Below are positions 61,280 through 64,000 of a stretch of DNA of 64,000 nucleotides, one piece after another (position 1 is the stretch's first letter; each line of letters begins with the position of its first letter). Location: assembly GCA_964016885.1 (NCBI GenBank), contig OZ024750.1:37820001-37884000 (forward strand), written 5' to 3'. Made by a program: the position numbers and the translations under genes. Below the pieces are notes generated by a model. The model was not told where the DNA came from. It was given only the letters and a program-made list of their open reading frames with translations, and made no database searches. The DNA comes from Eledone cirrhosa. Taxonomy: Eukaryota.

Positions 61280-62930
61280 CTAATCTATACACTGTATGTG
61301 ATGTACCATGAAGCTATGGCTAACCTGTACACTGTATGTGATGTACCATGAAGCTATGGCTAACCTGTACACTGTATGTGATGTAACATGAAGCTATAGC
61401 TAACCTGTACACTGTATGTGATGTTCCATGAAGCTATGACTAACCTGTACACTGTATGTGATGTACCATGAAGCTATGACTAACCTATACACTGTATGTG
61501 TTGTACCATGTAGCTATGACTAATCTATACACTGTATGTGATGTACCATGAAGCTATGGCTAACCTGTACACTGTATGTGATGTACCATGAAGTTATGAC
61601 TAACATGTACACTGTATGTGATGTACCATGAAGCTATGACTAACCTGTACACTGTATGTGATGTACCATGAATCTATGGCTAACCTGTACACTGTATGTG
61701 ATGTACCGTGAAGCTATGACTAACCTATACACTCTATGTGATGTACCATGAAGCTATGTCTAACCTGTACACCGTATGTGATGTACCATGAAGCTATGAC
61801 TAACCTATACACTGTATGTGATGTACCATGAAGCTATGACTAACCTGTACACTGTATGTGATGTACCATGAAGCTATGACTAACCTATACACTGTATGTG
61901 ATGTACCATGCAGCTATGACTAACCTGTACACTGTATGTGATGTACCATGAAGCTATGACTAACCTATAGACTGTATGTGATGTACCATGAAGCTATAGC
62001 TAACCTATACACTGTATGTGATGTACCATGAAGTTATAGCTAACCTGTACACTGTATGTGATGTACCATGAAGCTATGACTAATCTGTACACTGTATGTG
62101 ATGTACCATGAAGCTATGACTAATCTATACACTGTATGTGATGTACCATGAAGCTATGGCTAACCTGTACACTGTATGTGATGTACCATGAAGCTATGGC
62201 TAACCTGTACACTGTATGTGATGTAACATGAAGCTATAGCTAACCTGTACACTGTATGTGATGTTCCATGAAGCTATGACTAACCTGTACACTGTATGTG
62301 ATGTACCATGAAGCTATGACTAACCTATACACTGTATGTGTTGTACCATGTAGCTATGACTAATCTATACACTGTATGTGATGTACCATGAAGCTATGGC
62401 TAACCTGTACACTGTATGTGATGTACCATGAAGTTATGACTAACATGTACACTGTATGTGATGTACCATGAAGCTATGACTAACCTGTACACTGTATGTG
62501 ATGTACCATGAATCTATGGCTAACCTGTACACTGTATGTGATGTACCGTGAAGCTATGACTAACCTATACACTCTATGTGATGTACCATGAAGCTATGTC
62601 TAACCTGTACACCGTATGTGATGTACCATGAAGCTATGACTAACCTATACACTGTATGTGATGTACCATGAAGCTATGACTAACCTGTACACTGTATGTG
62701 ATGTACCATGAAGCTATGACTAACCTATACACTGTATGTGATGTACCATGCAGCTATGACTAACCTGTACACTGTATGTGATGTACCATGAAGCTATGAC
62801 TAACCTATACACTGTATGTGATGTACCATGAAGCTATAGCTAACCTATACACTGTATGTGATGTACCATGAAGTTATAGCTAACCTGTACACTGTATGTG
62901 ATGTACCATGAAGCTATGACTCATCTGTAC
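61280..62930 (+). repeat. Tandem duplication of an 840-bp block (21 monomers); boundaries approximate
   Basis: TTGTACCATGTAGC at 61501/62341, AATCTATGG at 61671/62511 and CAGCTATG at 61911/62751 are all 840 bp apart. Confidence 0.85.
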
Positions 62931-64000
62931 ACTGTATGTGATGTACCATGAAGCTATAGCTAACCGGTACACTGTATGTGATGTACCATGAAGCTATGAC
63001 TAACCTGTACACTGTATGTGATGTACCATGAAGCTATGACTAACCTGTACACTGTATGTGATGTAACATGAAGCTATAGCTAACCTGTACACTGTATGTG
63101 ATGTACCATGAAACTATGACTAACCTGTACACTGTATGTGATGTACCATGAAGCTTTAGCTAACCTATACACTGTATGTGATGTACCATGAAACTATGAC
63201 TAATCTGTACACTGTATGTGATGTACCATGAAGCTATGGCTAACCTGTACACTGTATGTGATGTAACATGAAGCTATAGCTAACCTGTACACTGTATGTG
63301 ATGTACCATGAAGCTATGACTAACCTGTACACTGTATGTGATGTACCATGAAGCTATGACTAACCTGTACACTGTATGTGATGTACCATGAAGCTATGGC
63401 TAACCTGTACACTGTATGTGATGTACCATGAAGCTATGGCTAACCTGTACACTGTATATGATGTACCATGAAGCTATGACTAACCTTTACACTGTATGTG
63501 ATGTACCATGAAGCTATGGCTAACATGTACACTGTATGTGATGTACCATGAAGCTATGACTAACCTGTACATTGTATGTGATGTACCATGAAGCTATGGC
63601 TAACCTGTACACTGTATGTGATGTACCATGAAGCTATGACTAACCTGTACACTGTATGTGATGTTCCATGAAGCTATGACTAACCTGTATACTGTATGTG
63701 ATGTACCATGAAGCTATGGCTAACCTGTACACTGTATGTGATGTACCATGAAGCTATGACTAACCTGTACACTGTATATGATGTACCATGAAGCTATGAC
63801 TAATCTGTACACTGTATGTGATGTACCATGAAGCTATGACTAATCTGTACACTGTATGTGACGTAACATGAGGCTATAGCTAACCTGTACACTGTATGTG
63901 ATGTACCATGAAGCTATGACTAACCTATACACTGTATGTGATGTACCATGAAGCTATAGCTAACCTATACACTGTATGTGATGTACCATGAAGTTATAGC

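Larger units (their letters stand above)
1..64000. repeat. Tandem satellite DNA array, 40-bp monomer (consensus TGATGTACCATGAAGCTATG[A/G]CTAACCTGTACACTGTATG), about 1,600 copies, extends beyond both window edges
   Basis: The first monomer is 1-40 and the same unit recurs every 40 bp to the end of the window. It stays in one orientation except for about 30 bp near 18.58-18.61 kb. The monomer start phase moves from 1 mod 40 to 19 mod 40, which matches 26 single-base deletions plus a net +4 at the 18.6 kb event. I do not recognise the family. Confidence 0.99.

Noticed and set aside
1-64000. CRISPR array (repeat length is in the CRISPR range)
   Set aside because: The units abut directly with no unique spacers, and there is no leader or cas gene.
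1-64000. Repetitive protein-coding ORF on the + strand
   Set aside because: The 40-bp unit is not a multiple of 3, so any reading passes through all three frames. TGA at monomer positions 1 and 11 and TAA at 23 close every frame within about two monomers.
1-64000. Minus-strand ORF under a stop-reassigned genetic code (the minus consensus has only TAG stops and would give a 40-aa repeat HTVYRLVIASWYITYSVQVSHSFMVHHIQCTG*S*LHGTS)
   Set aside because: In the standard code two TAGs occur every 120 bp. Common variants add TAA and rarer ones add TGA. I saw no 3-monomer periodicity in the variation, 1-bp deletions are tolerated, and nothing indicates a recoded host.
1-64000. Telomerase-synthesised telomeric repeat
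   Set aside because: There is no G/C strand skew (G=C, A=T) and the unit is longer than typical telomerase repeats. Variants are inherited in multi-kb collinear blocks, which points to recombinational amplification rather than templating from one RNA. A subtelomeric location is not excluded.
1-64000. A single fixed-period higher-order repeat, or an information-bearing code in the GA/GG/AG states
   Set aside because: Marker spacings vary widely (4, 16, 20, 21, 34, 40, 50 and 58 monomers). The order of states is explained by nested duplications.
1-64000. Synthetic concatemer or rolling-circle amplification artefact
   Set aside because: Variants are hierarchically shared in long collinear haplotypes rather than random or identical, which fits natural array evolution. 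Local misassembly of copy number cannot be excluded.

Overview
The whole 64 kb window is one head-to-tail tandem satellite array of about 1,600 copies of a 40-bp monomer. The consensus is TGATGTACCATGAAGCTATGACTAACCTGTACACTGTATG (A12 T12 G8 C8, 40% GC, no CpG), and the array runs off both window ends. I found no genes, RNA genes, transposons, CRISPR spacers or unique sequence, so the organism cannot be identified; an array this long is most typical of eukaryotic (peri)centromeric or subtelomeric satellite (inference). Monomers usually differ from consensus by 0-3 bases, and the variants reveal structure. (1) There is one strand reversal, a perfect 66-bp spacerless palindrome at 18542-18607 followed by a 5-bp insertion, which looks like a fold-back/template-switch scar. 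(2) Irregular higher-order blocks arose by segmental duplications of about 0.16-2.3 kb. (3) The left (1-21 kb) and right (50-64 kb) parts share variant haplotypes that are missing from the centre. (4) One 39-bp deletion monomer recurs 24 times and stops at about 49.8 kb. All counts were made by eye; the indel count was cross-checked against the array phase. I see no support for a new protein-coding system, and the interest lies in array evolution.
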